From an uncultured Candidatus Rokubacteria bacterium (lineage in GTDB: Bacteria > Methylomirabilota > Methylomirabilia > Rokubacteriales > CSP1-6): 64,000 bases of DNA. The translations under genes and the position numbers were made by a program. The notes under the pieces are model-generated. The model saw only the letters and a program-made list of their open reading frames with translations, did not search any database and was not told the origin of the DNA. The stretch lies in the NCBI GenBank assembly GCA_963771355.1, contig CAVYTA010000006.1:736001-800000 (forward strand). Reading direction: 5' to 3'. Position 1 is the stretch's first letter. The number at the start of each line of letters is the position of its first letter. Of the stretch, positions 37,640 through 46,723 are shown one piece after another.

Positions 37640-39114
37640 CTAGCTCTTACTATTTCTCCGGTCGGCCTTCCCATCCAGGCCGGCCGCTGTAATCTTGTAA
37701 AGTAGTGCTTTGTAACTGATTTTCAAGAGCCTGGCCGCCTCGGCGCGGTTCCAGCGCACCCGGTCGAGGACTTCCTTCAATACCCTCTTCTCGGCTTCCA
37801 TCGCCGCACGCTTGGCAATCTCCTTAAGACCGAGACCAGCCTCCCGATTTGTTGGTCCGCCCTGAATTTGCGCGGGCGGAGGTGGGGGGGAGGGGGGGCT
37901 GTGACGGGATTGGTCTCCCGGCCTGACCAGGGCCGGTTGCGGCGCATGGCGATCTCCTCCTGAAGGAGGGTCTCGTTCTGCAAGACCACGAGGCGCTTGA
38001 TCATGTTCTCAAGCTCCCGGACATTGCCGGGCCAAGCATACTCCTGAAGCAAGCGCAACGTCTCGGACGAGATGCGGGGCGCCTCTCGGTCGTACTGGCG
38101 GCAGAACTTCCGGAGAAAGTGCTCCACGAGCCCAGGAATCTCCTCCCGGCGCTCGCGCAGCGGGGGCACCGAGATGGTCACCACATTGAGGCGGTAGTAC
38201 AGGTCCTCGCGGAAGTGCCCAGTGGCCATGATCGAGGCGAGGTCACGGTTGGTGGCGGCCACCAGCCGCACGTCCGTATCGATCGTCTCGCTGCCTCCTA
38301 CCCGGAAGAAGCGTCCGTCCTGGAGGACGTGGAGCAGCTTGGCCTGCAGGCCCAGCGGCATCTCGCCGATCTCGTCGAGAAGGAAGGTGCCCCGATGCGC
38401 GAGCTCGAATTTTCCGGGCTTGCGCCGGTGTGCCCCGGTGAAGGCGCCTTTTTCGTGCCCGAAGAGCTCGGACTCCAGCAGGTCGCCGGGCAGCGACGCG
38501 CAGTTCACCTTGAGGAACGGCTTCTCGCGACGCTGGGAGATGTAGTGGATGGCCTTGGCGACCATTTCCTTGCCGGTGCCGCTCTCGCCCTGGAGCAGGA
38601 TGGTGGCATTGGTGTCCGCCGCGCGCCGCACGATGTCCTCGACCGCGCGCATGCGCTCGCTGTTCCGGAACAGCAGGTCCAGATCGGGCCAGAAGCGCTC
38701 GGAATCCGGGGAACCCGGGCTCCCCAGCTCACCGGGGGCGGTGGCCTCGCTCCGCGCGAAGGCGTTCCGGACGGCGGTCTGAATCACGGTGGCCGACGCC
38801 GGCTTGACGACGAAATCCGACGCGCCGGCCCGCATGGTGCGGACGACATGCGCGGTGTCTTGATGCTCGGACAAGGCGAGGAGGACCACATCCGTCACTT
38901 CGAGCCGCATCTGGCGGATGAGATCGCAGGCGTCCATGCCGGGCAGGCTCATGTCCAGCAGCACGAGCTGGGGCCGAAGGGAGGAGAGCATGGCGAGCCC
39001 TTCCGAGCTGCTCCCCGCGGTGAGGATGGGAAAACCCGCCTCCTTGATGATGCGGGCGAGCCCATCCCGGCTCTCCGGGTTGGCATCGACGATCAGGATG
39101 GAGGATGTGGCCAT
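37640..39114 (-). CDS. Sigma-54-dependent response regulator (receiver-AAA+-HTH), -1 frameshift in a C7-T-C7 tract before the HTH
   Basis: LVLLD receiver, GESGTGKE, GAFTGA, WPGNVREL; shifted frame continues GLGLKEIAKRAAMEAEK...WNRAEAARLLKISYKALLYKI to TAG at 37640. Confidence 0.88.
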
Positions 39115-39133
39115 TCGTGCGTCAGATCGCTAC

Positions 39134-39162
39134 TTGACGGGCCCGTGGGCGGCCCGGATACT
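39134..39162 (+). promoter_or_regulatory. Putative sigma-70-type promoter for the single-domain receiver
   Basis: TTGACG-N17-GATACT in the 64-bp divergent gap. Confidence 0.5.
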
Positions 39163-39178
39163 CGGAACGGAGCCATTC

Positions 39179-39535
39179 ATGCGAATCCTTGTTGTCGACG
39201 ACGATCCCTCGGTGGCGGAAGTCATCGCTGAAGCAATCCGGGCCTCCGGCGATGCGGCGCTGGTGGCGCTCGACGGCGCCGAGGCCCTCGACCTCCTCGA
39301 AACGACCCCGGTCGACGGTGTATTCCTCGATCTCGTGATGCCCGGGCTGGGCGGCATCGCGACGCTCGCCCGCATCCGTCTCCGACATCCCGCGCTTCCC
39401 GTCGTCATTCTTTCCGGCCATGCCGACGAGGAGCAAGCGCGTGAGGCCCTGTCCCTGGGCGCAGTTGACGTCGTCAAGAAACCGGCCGCGCTCACCCACC
39501 TGAGCGACGCGCTCGCCCGTCTCAAGGGCAACTGA
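39179..39535 (+). CDS. Single-domain response regulator (CheY-like receiver)
   Basis: MRILVVDDD, VFLDLVMPG, ILSGH, KKP. Confidence 0.88.
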   Translation: MRILVVDDDPSVAEVIAEAIRASGDAALVALDGAEALDLLETTPVDGVFLDLVMPGLGGIATLARIRLRHPALPVVILSGHADEEQAREALSLGAVDVVKKPAALTHLSDALARLKGN

Positions 39536-39591
39536 GCTCGCGTCCGAGTTCGGCTCCAAAGGGAACACTCTCCTACCGTAAGCGACCCAGG

Positions 39592-41001
39592 ATGGGAAAA
39601 GCAATGCCCAATTTCCCCCAACCGGTACATGAACACGCCGCGGAAAATCTCGCGGCCTTCGCCCACGGGCTGTCCTCCGGCGCCATTCCCGAGGTCGTCC
39701 GGCGCCGGGTCGCCCTCCATACCCTCGATACGCTGGGATGCGCCCTCGCCTCGGTGGACGCCGACTGGGCCGCGGCGGTACTCGATCCGGTGCTCCGCTG
39801 GGGCGGCGCGGGCGGCGCGAGCGTGGTGGGCACGGCCCGGCGCGTGGCGGCGCCCATGGCGGCGCTGGCCAATGGCGCGCTCGCGCACGGACACGACTTC
39901 GACGACACGCACGCGCCCTCGATCACCCATGCCTCGGCTGTGGTGCTGCCGGCGGTGCTGGCACTCGCGGAGGAAGAAGGGCTCGACGGCGGGTCGGCAA
40001 TCGCCGCCGCGGTGGCGGGATACGAGGTCATCGCGCGGCTGGGCATGGCGGCGCCCGGCCGCTTCCACGCCCGCGGCTGGCACGCCACCCCGGCGTGCGG
40101 TACCTTCGCCGCCGCCGTCGCCGCGGGGCGTTGTCTCGGGCTCGGGCGGGTCGCGCTCACCTCGGCCCTCGGCATCGCGGCGAGCTGTGCCTCGGGTCTC
40201 CTCGAATTCCTCGAGGACGGCTCGTCGGTGAAGCGACTGCACCCCGGCTGGGCGGCGCACTCCGGGGTGCTGGCGGCCGCGTTCGCCAAGGGCGGGTTCA
40301 CCGGGCCCGCCAGCGGGATCGAGGGCCGCTTCGGATTCTTTCGTGCCGCTCTCGGTGAAGCGCCCGATCTGACGGCGGCGCTGGCGACGCTCGGCACGCG
40401 CTGGGAAACACTCGAGGTGGCCGTCAAGCCGTACCCCTGCTGCCACTACAACCACGCCTATCTGGACGCGGCCCTCCGTCTCCGCGCCGAGCATGCGCTG
40501 ACCCCCGACGCCATCGCGGAGGTCGAGTGCGTGGTCCCCGCGGGCGAGATCCCCATCGTCTGCGAGCCCGCCGCGGTCAAGCGCGCCCCGCGAACGGACT
40601 ACGACGCGAAGTTCAGCCTGCCCTTCACGGTGGCGGCGGCGCTGCTCGAGGGACGGGTGGGGGTCAGCACCTTCGACGCCGAGCGGAGGGGCGACCCCGC
40701 TCTGCTCGCCCTCGCCGCGCGTGTGCGCTATACCGTGGACCCGGACTCGCCCTTCCCGAGGAGCTTTCCGGGCCGGGTGCGGGTGCGCCTCGTCGACGGC
40801 CGGATGGTGGAGGCCCACGAGCCCGAGAACCGGGGCGGGCCCGGACAGCCGCTCACCGAGTCCGAGGTGGTGGAGAAGTTCCGCGACAACGCGGGACGGA
40901 CCCTGCCTGGATTCCAGCTCCGCGAGATCGAGAAGGCCGCGCTGGACCTGGAGAATCTCGACGACGTGGGCGCGCTCATGACGCTCTGCCGTCGCGGATG
41001 A
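39592..41001 (+). CDS. MmgE/PrpD family protein
   Basis: LDTLGCA, AH.HDFDDTH, GWHAT, KRLHPG, KPYPCC, AKFSLPF; start could be 39604. Confidence 0.9.
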   Translation: MGKAMPNFPQPVHEHAAENLAAFAHGLSSGAIPEVVRRRVALHTLDTLGCALASVDADWAAAVLDPVLRWGGAGGASVVGTARRVAAPMAALANGALAHGHDFDDTHAPSITHASAVVLPAVLALAEEEGLDGGSAIAAAVAGYEVIARLGMAAPGRFHARGWHATPACGTFAAAVAAGRCLGLGRVALTSALGIAASCASGLLEFLEDGSSVKRLHPGWAAHSGVLAAAFAKGGFTGPASGIEGRFGFFRAALGEAPDLTAALATLGTRWETLEVAVKPYPCCHYNHAYLDAALRLRAEHALTPDAIAEVECVVPAGEIPIVCEPAAVKRAPRTDYDAKFSLPFTVAAALLEGRVGVSTFDAERRGDPALLALAARVRYTVDPDSPFPRSFPGRVRVRLVDGRMVEAHEPENRGGPGQPLTESEVVEKFRDNAGRTLPGFQLREIEKAALDLENLDDVGALMTLCRRG

Positions 41002-41063
41002 AGCGGAGCCTGCGCGCCAGCCTTTCGCTTGCCCCTGGAAGGTGGATCTGAGATCATCTGACC

Positions 41064-41471
41064 ATGAAGCCCTTCGTGACCGCTGTGGCGCTGGTGGTCG
41101 TGCTTGGGTGGGGCGGTGTGATCCTTGCCCAGGAAAAACCCGCCGAGCCGGCCCAGACGCCCGCGACTCCGACCGCGCCCGCCCAGACCTCGCCGCAGAA
41201 CCCGGCGGAGGAAGGCCTCGCCATCATCGCCCCGCCGCCGGCCGTGAGGGAGTCGACTCGCGTGCGGGAATCGGAGTTTTACCCGGGCGAGGACATCAGG
41301 GTCCGCCACGAGCCGGCCTTCATCCAGGGATTGAGCAAGGCTCCCGCCAAAGGGCCGATCAAGCGCTATGGCCTGTCCGGCTGGACCTCCCCGCCCGGGC
41401 GCGGCGACGGCCAGATGGCGCACGAAAACAACGGCTGGTTCTCGTTCGGCTTCAGCATCGTCTGGGAGTAA
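41064..41471 (+). CDS. Hypothetical exported protein
   Basis: Signal peptide (MKPFVTAVALVVVLGWGGVILA), Pro/Ala/Thr linker, aromatic C-terminus GWFSFGFSIVWE. Confidence 0.7.
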   Translation: MKPFVTAVALVVVLGWGGVILAQEKPAEPAQTPATPTAPAQTSPQNPAEEGLAIIAPPPAVRESTRVRESEFYPGEDIRVRHEPAFIQGLSKAPAKGPIKRYGLSGWTSPPGRGDGQMAHENNGWFSFGFSIVWE

Positions 41472-41483
41472 TCCCGCCCGACG

Positions 41484-42089
41484 GTGCCCAGCCTCCGGGG
41501 TAATCTCCACGCCCATACCACCTTCTCCGACGGGCGGCACTCCGTCGAGGAGGTCGTCGCACGCTACCGTGATCTCGGATACGACTTCCTCGCCATCACC
41601 GACCACGACGATCGGGTGAGCGAGGACTACTGGTTCCGGCTCCCCGCCGGCGACGATCAGCTCATCGTCTTCTCGGGCATCGAGCTCGACTACCGACCGC
41701 TCGGTCAGCACGTGGGACGAATCACCGGCGACCGGGAGACGCTCTTCGTGCTCAACCACCCGGCGCGCTACGGGCTGGACGTGGACGAGATCGTCGACCG
41801 TATCCGGCTGATCCGGGCGGCGGGCTGGCCCATCGAGGCCATGGAGGTGACCAATACCGGCGTGTATCAGCCGCAGCACGACGTCGGCGCCATCGCGGTG
41901 CCCAAGGTGGCGACGGACGACTCGCACCGGGACTCGGAGTGCGGCCGGGCCTGGATCGAGGTGGACGCGGCCCGGAACCCCGATGCCATCCTGCGTGCCA
42001 TCAAGGCGGGCGAGTTCCGCCTCGGCTTCGCGGCCGAGCCACCGACGGCCGAGGGGCGGGGCTACGATCTCCTCGGGCTCTCGGGCTGA
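41484..42089 (+). CDS. PHP-domain metal-dependent phosphoesterase
   Basis: GNLHAHT..SDG, ITDHD, GIE, NHP, TDDSH. Confidence 0.85.
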   Translation: MPSLRGNLHAHTTFSDGRHSVEEVVARYRDLGYDFLAITDHDDRVSEDYWFRLPAGDDQLIVFSGIELDYRPLGQHVGRITGDRETLFVLNHPARYGLDVDEIVDRIRLIRAAGWPIEAMEVTNTGVYQPQHDVGAIAVPKVATDDSHRDSECGRAWIEVDAARNPDAILRAIKAGEFRLGFAAEPPTAEGRGYDLLGLSG

Positions 42090-42122
42090 GCGCGGGCCCT
42101 CTGTGATACCCTACGCGCCGTC

Positions 42123-42950
42123 ATGACCCTCATTCGCATCGGCCACAGCCCCGATCCCGACGACGCGTTCATGTTCTACGCGCTCACCGCCGGCAAGGTG
42201 CGGGCTCCGGGCATCGAGGTCGAGCACGTGCTGGAGGACATCGAGTCTCTCAACCGACGTTCACGCACCGGCGAGCTCGAGGTGACCGCGGTGTCGGCGG
42301 CTACCTACGTCATGATCCACGACCGGTATCGGATGATGGACCCGGGCGCCTCGATGGGAAAGGGCTATGGCCCCATCCTCGTCGCGAAGGAGCCCATGGA
42401 TCCCCGGACCATCGTGGACAAGGTGGTGGCGATCCCGGGCAGCCATACCACCGCCGCCCTACTCCTCCGCATCTTCGTCGGCGATCCTCCCGTCATCGAG
42501 GTGGCCTTCGACAAGATCCCGCAGGTGGTCCTCGAGGGACAGGCCGATCTGGGTCTGCTCATCCATGAGGGGCAGATCACGCATCAGCAGATGGGGCTAC
42601 ACAAGGTGCTCGATCTTGGCGAGGTGTGGGAAAAAGAGTCGGGCCTGCCGCTGCCGCTGGGGATCAACGTGATGCGGCGGGATCTCGGCGAGGACCTGCA
42701 TCGCCGGCTCTCCCAGGCCTTGCGCGACTCCATCGACTACGCGTACGCCCACGTGGACGAGGCGCTCGAGTACGCGATGCGTTACGGCCGGGGGATCGAC
42801 AAGGAGACCTGCCGCCGCTTCGTGCTCATGTACGTCAACGACTACACGAAGCGCCTGGGGCCCGACGGCGAGGCCGCCCTCCGCCGCCTCTACCAGCTCG
42901 CGCTGGACAAGAACCTCATTCCCGCGCTGCCGCCCGTCGACCCGATCTGA
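42123..42950 (+). CDS. mqnD: 1,4-dihydroxy-6-naphthoate synthase (MqnA/MqnD family)
   Basis: GHSPDPDDAFMFYAL, GYGP, LIHEGQ, LPLPLG, MYVN; adjacent to mqnC/mqnE. Confidence 0.85.
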   Translation: MTLIRIGHSPDPDDAFMFYALTAGKVRAPGIEVEHVLEDIESLNRRSRTGELEVTAVSAATYVMIHDRYRMMDPGASMGKGYGPILVAKEPMDPRTIVDKVVAIPGSHTTAALLLRIFVGDPPVIEVAFDKIPQVVLEGQADLGLLIHEGQITHQQMGLHKVLDLGEVWEKESGLPLPLGINVMRRDLGEDLHRRLSQALRDSIDYAYAHVDEALEYAMRYGRGIDKETCRRFVLMYVNDYTKRLGPDGEAALRRLYQLALDKNLIPALPPVDPI

Positions 42951-43003
42951 CGGTTAGTCGACGGTTCGTCCGCGGTGGGATCTGATGGTTCGTCCGCCGT
43001 GGG
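42944..43003. repeat. Short imperfect direct repeats in the mqnD-mqnC gap
   Basis: GACGGTTCGTCCGCGGTGGG (42960-42979) and GATGGTTCGTCCGCCGTGGG (42984-43003); GATCTGA(C/T)GGTT at 42944 and 42979. Confidence 0.6.
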
Positions 43004-43008
43004 GGGAG

Positions 43009-43035
43009 AGCGGGGGCCATTTCGAGGCCCCCGCT
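43009..43035. terminator. GC-rich hairpin between convergent genes (bidirectional terminator or REP-like element)
   Basis: Perfect 10-bp stem AGCGGGGGCC / GGCCCCCGCT with 7-nt loop ATTTCGA; no U-tract. Confidence 0.55.
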
Positions 43036-43068
43036 GATGGTAAATCGGCAGTTCCCCGATGCGGGTCC

Positions 43069-44154
43069 CTAGTACTCGCGGAGAATCTGGTACTCAGTTG
43101 TCCTCTGCGCGGGAGTGAAGCCGGCGTCGCGGATCAGGGTGATGATCTCGTCCACGGTCGTCTTGTTCACGAAGTCCGCGGCGGCGTGCACGTTCTCCTC
43201 GAAGAGCGTTCCCCCGAAGTCGTCGGCGCCCCAGTGTAGGGCCACCTGACCGGCCCGCTTCCCCTCCGAGAACCATGAAGCCTGGATGTGGGCGAAGTTG
43301 TCGAGATACAGGCGCGAGGCAGCCAGCATGCGGAGATAGGTGCTGGGGCCCTTGTAGGTCTTGATCCACTTCTCGAGCAGCGTATTGCCGGGCTTGAAGG
43401 ACCACGGCACGAAGGCGGTGAAGCCGCCGTGCTCGTCCTGCAGCTCGCGGATCGCGTCCCAGTGGTCCACGATGTCGTCCGGCTCCTCGACATGGCCGTA
43501 CATCATGGTGGCGGTGGACCGGAAGCCCTGGCGATGCGCCTCCCGGTGCACGTCCAGCCAGGCGCGGGGCCCGCCCTTCTTGGGCTCGATGCGCTTGCGC
43601 ACGCGCTCCGAGAGCACCTCCGCGCCGCCGCCGGGCAGGGTGTCCTGCCCCGCCTCCCGGAGCCGCGCCAGCACATCGGAAACCGTGAGCTTGCTGACCT
43701 CCGCCATGGTCTGGATCTCGGAGGCGGTGAAGAAGTGCGGAGTCACCGCGGGGAAGCGCCGCCGGGACTCGCGGACGATGGTGAGGTAGTAGTCCAACGG
43801 CAGCTCGGGGTTGTGCCCACCCTGGAGCAGCACCGTGGTGGCGCCCTTGGACGCGGCGAACTCGATCTTCTCCAGCACCTGCTCGACGGTCAGCGTCCAT
43901 GCTTCCGGATGACCCGGCTTCCGGTAGAAGGCGCAGAACTGGCAGTCGGTGATACAGACATTGGTGTAGTTGGGATTGCTGTCGATGACGAAGGTGACCT
44001 GCCGCGCCGGGATCGCGCGGAAGCGCGCCTCCTGGGCGAGGGCGCCCACCTCCAGGAGCGGGGCTTCCGTGAGCAGCCAGCGCCCGTCGGCGCGGTCGAG
44101 ACGCTTGCCCGTCTCCACCTTGGCGCGGATCTCGTCGAGCCGGCTCAGCTCCAA
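43069..44154 (-). CDS. mqnC: Cyclic dehypoxanthinyl futalosine synthase (radical SAM)
   Basis: NYTNVCITDCQFC (CxxxCxxC), LLQGG, PGGGAE, IQASW, GADDFGGTLFEENV; TTG start at 44154 is uncertain. Confidence 0.85.
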   Translation of the reverse strand: MELSRLDEIRAKVETGKRLDRADGRWLLTEAPLLEVGALAQEARFRAIPARQVTFVIDSNPNYTNVCITDCQFCAFYRKPGHPEAWTLTVEQVLEKIEFAASKGATTVLLQGGHNPELPLDYYLTIVRESRRRFPAVTPHFFTASEIQTMAEVSKLTVSDVLARLREAGQDTLPGGGAEVLSERVRKRIEPKKGGPRAWLDVHREAHRQGFRSTATMMYGHVEEPDDIVDHWDAIRELQDEHGGFTAFVPWSFKPGNTLLEKWIKTYKGPSTYLRMLAASRLYLDNFAHIQASWFSEGKRAGQVALHWGADDFGGTLFEENVHAAADFVNKTTVDEIITLIRDAGFTPAQRTTEYQILREY

Positions 44155-45248
44155 ACCTTCACCACGTTGTAGAGGGCGTCGCGCTCCACCGCGATCTTGC
44201 CCGCGTCTCGGATCATCCGGAGGATCTGCTCGCGGGCGAGTCCCGCGGGACTCTCCGCCAGGGCCATGTGCGCGATCTTCTCGTCCTCGAGCGTGCCGTT
44301 GACGTCCGAGGCCCCGAAGTGCAGAGCCAGGGACGCGGTCTCCTCGCCGATCATCACCCAGTAGGCTTCCACGTGCGGGAAGTTGTCGAGGAGCAGCCGC
44401 GAGGCGGCGATGGTCCGGAGATCGTCGGTGGGCGGCGTCTGCCGCGGCACCAGCTTGGTGGTGCCCACCTGGTAGGAGAGCGGGATGAAGGTGAGGAAGC
44501 CGCCCGACCGGTCCTGCTGCTCGCGCAGACGCAGGAGATGGTCCACACGCTCCTCGAGCGTCTCCACGTGCCCGTAGAGCATGGTGGCATTGGTGTGGAT
44601 GCCCAGCCCATGCGCGATGCCGTGTATCTCGAGCCAGCGGTCGGCGTCGGCCTTGCCGGTGTAGTGGAGGAGCTTGGCCAGGCGCTTCGAGAAGATCTCC
44701 GCGCCCCCGCCCGGCATGGAGTGCAGTCCCGCCGCCTTGAGCCGGGTGAGGGACTCGCGCGGGTCGATCTTCCAGCGCCGCCACCAGTAGTCCACCTCCG
44801 CGGCGGTGAAGGCCTTGATCTGGGTCTCCGGCCGGGCGGCGTGGATGGCGGCGATCATCCGCTCGAAGTACTCGAAAGGCCAGTCCGGATGGTGGCCGCC
44901 CACGATGTGCGCCTCGCGGGTGCCGGGCTTGATCATGTCGAGCACATCCTCGATGGAGTTCTCGAAGGCGCCCGCCTCCCCCGGCTTGCGCGCGAAGTCG
45001 CAGAAGCTGCAGGAGAGCACGCAGACATTGGTCGGATTGACGTAGCGGTTCAGGACGAAGAAGACCTGGTCCCCGTGCCGGGCCCGCTTCACGTGGTCGG
45101 CCATGCGCCCGAGCCCGTGGAGGTCGTCGGTGTCGAAGAGGAGAAGGCCATCCTCACGGCTGAGCCGTTCCCCGTCGCGCACCTTGTCCCACAGGACCTC
45201 CAGGCGCGGGTCGCGGAACCGGGCGCGCGTGCTCGTCACTGCTGGCAT
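44145..45248 (-). CDS. mqnE: Aminofutalosine synthase (radical SAM)
   Basis: NPTNVCVLSCSFC, HIVGG, GGGAEIF, MLYGHVET, AYWVM; GGAGGAGG RBS. Confidence 0.87.
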   Translation of the reverse strand: MPAVTSTRARFRDPRLEVLWDKVRDGERLSREDGLLLFDTDDLHGLGRMADHVKRARHGDQVFFVLNRYVNPTNVCVLSCSFCDFARKPGEAGAFENSIEDVLDMIKPGTREAHIVGGHHPDWPFEYFERMIAAIHAARPETQIKAFTAAEVDYWWRRWKIDPRESLTRLKAAGLHSMPGGGAEIFSKRLAKLLHYTGKADADRWLEIHGIAHGLGIHTNATMLYGHVETLEERVDHLLRLREQQDRSGGFLTFIPLSYQVGTTKLVPRQTPPTDDLRTIAASRLLLDNFPHVEAYWVMIGEETASLALHFGASDVNGTLEDEKIAHMALAESPAGLAREQILRMIRDAGKIAVERDALYNVVKVWS

Positions 45249-45272
45249 GTGCTTCCTCCTCCGCTGATTCTA

Positions 45273-45335
45273 CTACTTGATGGCGCCGACGGTGAACCCG
45301 GCGATGAAGCGGTCGAGGAAGAAGTTGCAGTACAC
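45273..45335 (-). pseudogene. 3'-terminal remnant of a carbohydrate ABC transporter permease
   Basis: Translates VYCNFFLDRFIAGFTVGAIK*, the typical MalG-type C-terminus, with no upstream gene body. Confidence 0.6.
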
Positions 45336-45424
45336 GTCCCCGCGGAAGCGCCCCGATTCTCTGGAGTTCTCGTGCTAGGCTCGGTTCGCGATGCTGAATC
45401 CTCCGGGGCGGTTCCCCTTGTTTC

Positions 45425-45735
45425 TTGCCGTGGCCGTGGTTCGAGGTACTGGCACCGGCGCGCGCGGAGGAAGTCCGGGCCGACGTGGAGGTCCTCGAGC
45501 AATCCTTCGAGCCGACCCACAGCCCGACCACGCGCGTCATCCTCAGGACGGGACTTCTCGCCAGCACTGGGCTCCTGTACGACGCGCGGAAGCAGGTGGT
45601 CGAGGCGCTCGTCCGCTCGTCGCCACCCCCGACGACCCGGCGCTGTACGCGCTCCTGGGCGCGCTGTACGAGCGCGCGGGTCTCCGCCAGCAGGCCACCA
45701 GCGCGTACCAGGGGGCCCGGCTCCTCATGGACGCG
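45425..45735 (+). pseudogene. C-terminal fragment of a TPR-like protein, frameshifted by an 8-bp tandem duplication
   Basis: WFEVL...GLLYDARKQVVEALV / ATPDDPALYALLGALYERAGL...AYQGA; CGCTCGTC duplicated at 45606-45621; boundaries approximate. Confidence 0.55.
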
Positions 45736-45834
45736 GGCCGGCCCTCCCCGCCGGCTCCGCGCTCAGGGCGCGGGTCTCCCGCAGCCCGGCCCGTCTTTTT
45801 CTCGTCCCGGGAGGGCGTGCTATTCTAGGCCGGC

Positions 45835-46287
45835 GTGAGCGCTCAGGTTCCGTTGTCTTTCGAGGACATCAAGGTCGGCGAGGAGTTTGTCTCGCCCGGC
45901 CGCACCGTCACCGAGATGGACGTCGTGCTCTTCGCGGGCTTGTCCGGGGACTACAACGTCCTGCACACGGACGCCGAGCACATGAAGTCCTCCCAGTTCG
46001 GTGAGCGCATCGCCCACGGCCTTCTCGTGCTGTCGATCCAGCAGGGCCTGGTCTCGCGGATCGCGCCGGAGCTGGTCGAGCGGCCCATGACGGAGCTTGC
46101 CTGGAAGTTCCGCGGTCCCATCAAGATCGGGGACACGGTGCACGTGGTCGCGCGAGTCTCGGACAAGCACCCGGCGGACCGGCCGGGCTGGGGCATCGTG
46201 ACCATCGTACGGCGCGTACTGAATCAACGTGGCGAGGTGGTCCAGGAAGGCGAGTCCGAGCACTTGGTCGAGCGCCGCCTTGGCTAG
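45835..46287 (+). CDS. MaoC/PaaZ-like hotdog-fold dehydratase
   Basis: FEDI.VG, RTVTE.D...FAGLSGDYN.LHTD, RIAHG, PIKIGDT, NQRGEVV. Confidence 0.88.
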   Translation: MSAQVPLSFEDIKVGEEFVSPGRTVTEMDVVLFAGLSGDYNVLHTDAEHMKSSQFGERIAHGLLVLSIQQGLVSRIAPELVERPMTELAWKFRGPIKIGDTVHVVARVSDKHPADRPGWGIVTIVRRVLNQRGEVVQEGESEHLVERRLG

Positions 46288-46723
46288 CGCCGCCGCCAGC
46301 CCGTCGCCGCGCACGGAGCGCATCTCCTACTTCGAGGATGTCGAGTTGGGGGAGCCGCTGGAGACTCCGGCCCTCACCGTTACCGCGGCCCATGTCGCCC
46401 TGTTCGAGGGTCTCACCGGCGGCGCGCCGGCGACCGACCCCGACATGGTCCCCGATCTCCTCGCGCTCTGCCTATCGTCGGGCTTGGGCTGGCGCGTGCC
46501 GCGGCCGCCGCTGGTCGTCCTCGCCTTCATGGGCTTCGAGTGGAAGTTTCACCTCCCCATCCGGGTCGGCGACACCATCCGCAGCCGCTCGCACACCGCG
46601 GCCAAGCGATCCATGAAGGAAGGCGGTGTCGTCTTCGAGGAGCGTGAGATCGTGAACCATCGCGACGAGGTCGTCCAGTCGGGCCGGCTCACGCTCCTGG
46701 TGGCCAAGCGGAAGCCGGCATGA
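46280..46723 (+). CDS. MaoC-like hotdog-fold protein lacking the D-x4-H catalytic motif
   Basis: YFEDVELG, WKF..PIRVGDTI, NHRDEVVQSG; TTG start overlapping the upstream gene. Confidence 0.78.
   Translation: MASAAASPSPRTERISYFEDVELGEPLETPALTVTAAHVALFEGLTGGAPATDPDMVPDLLALCLSSGLGWRVPRPPLVVLAFMGFEWKFHLPIRVGDTIRSRSHTAAKRSMKEGGVVFEEREIVNHRDEVVQSGRLTLLVAKRKPA

Noticed and set aside
2869..41471. PEP-CTERM sorting signals in the exported proteins (2869..3375, 33064..34587, 41064..41471)
   Set aside because: None ends in VPEP + TM helix + basic tail
42944..43003. CRISPR array
   Set aside because: Only two imperfect 20-nt copies 4 nt apart, no spacers, no cas genes
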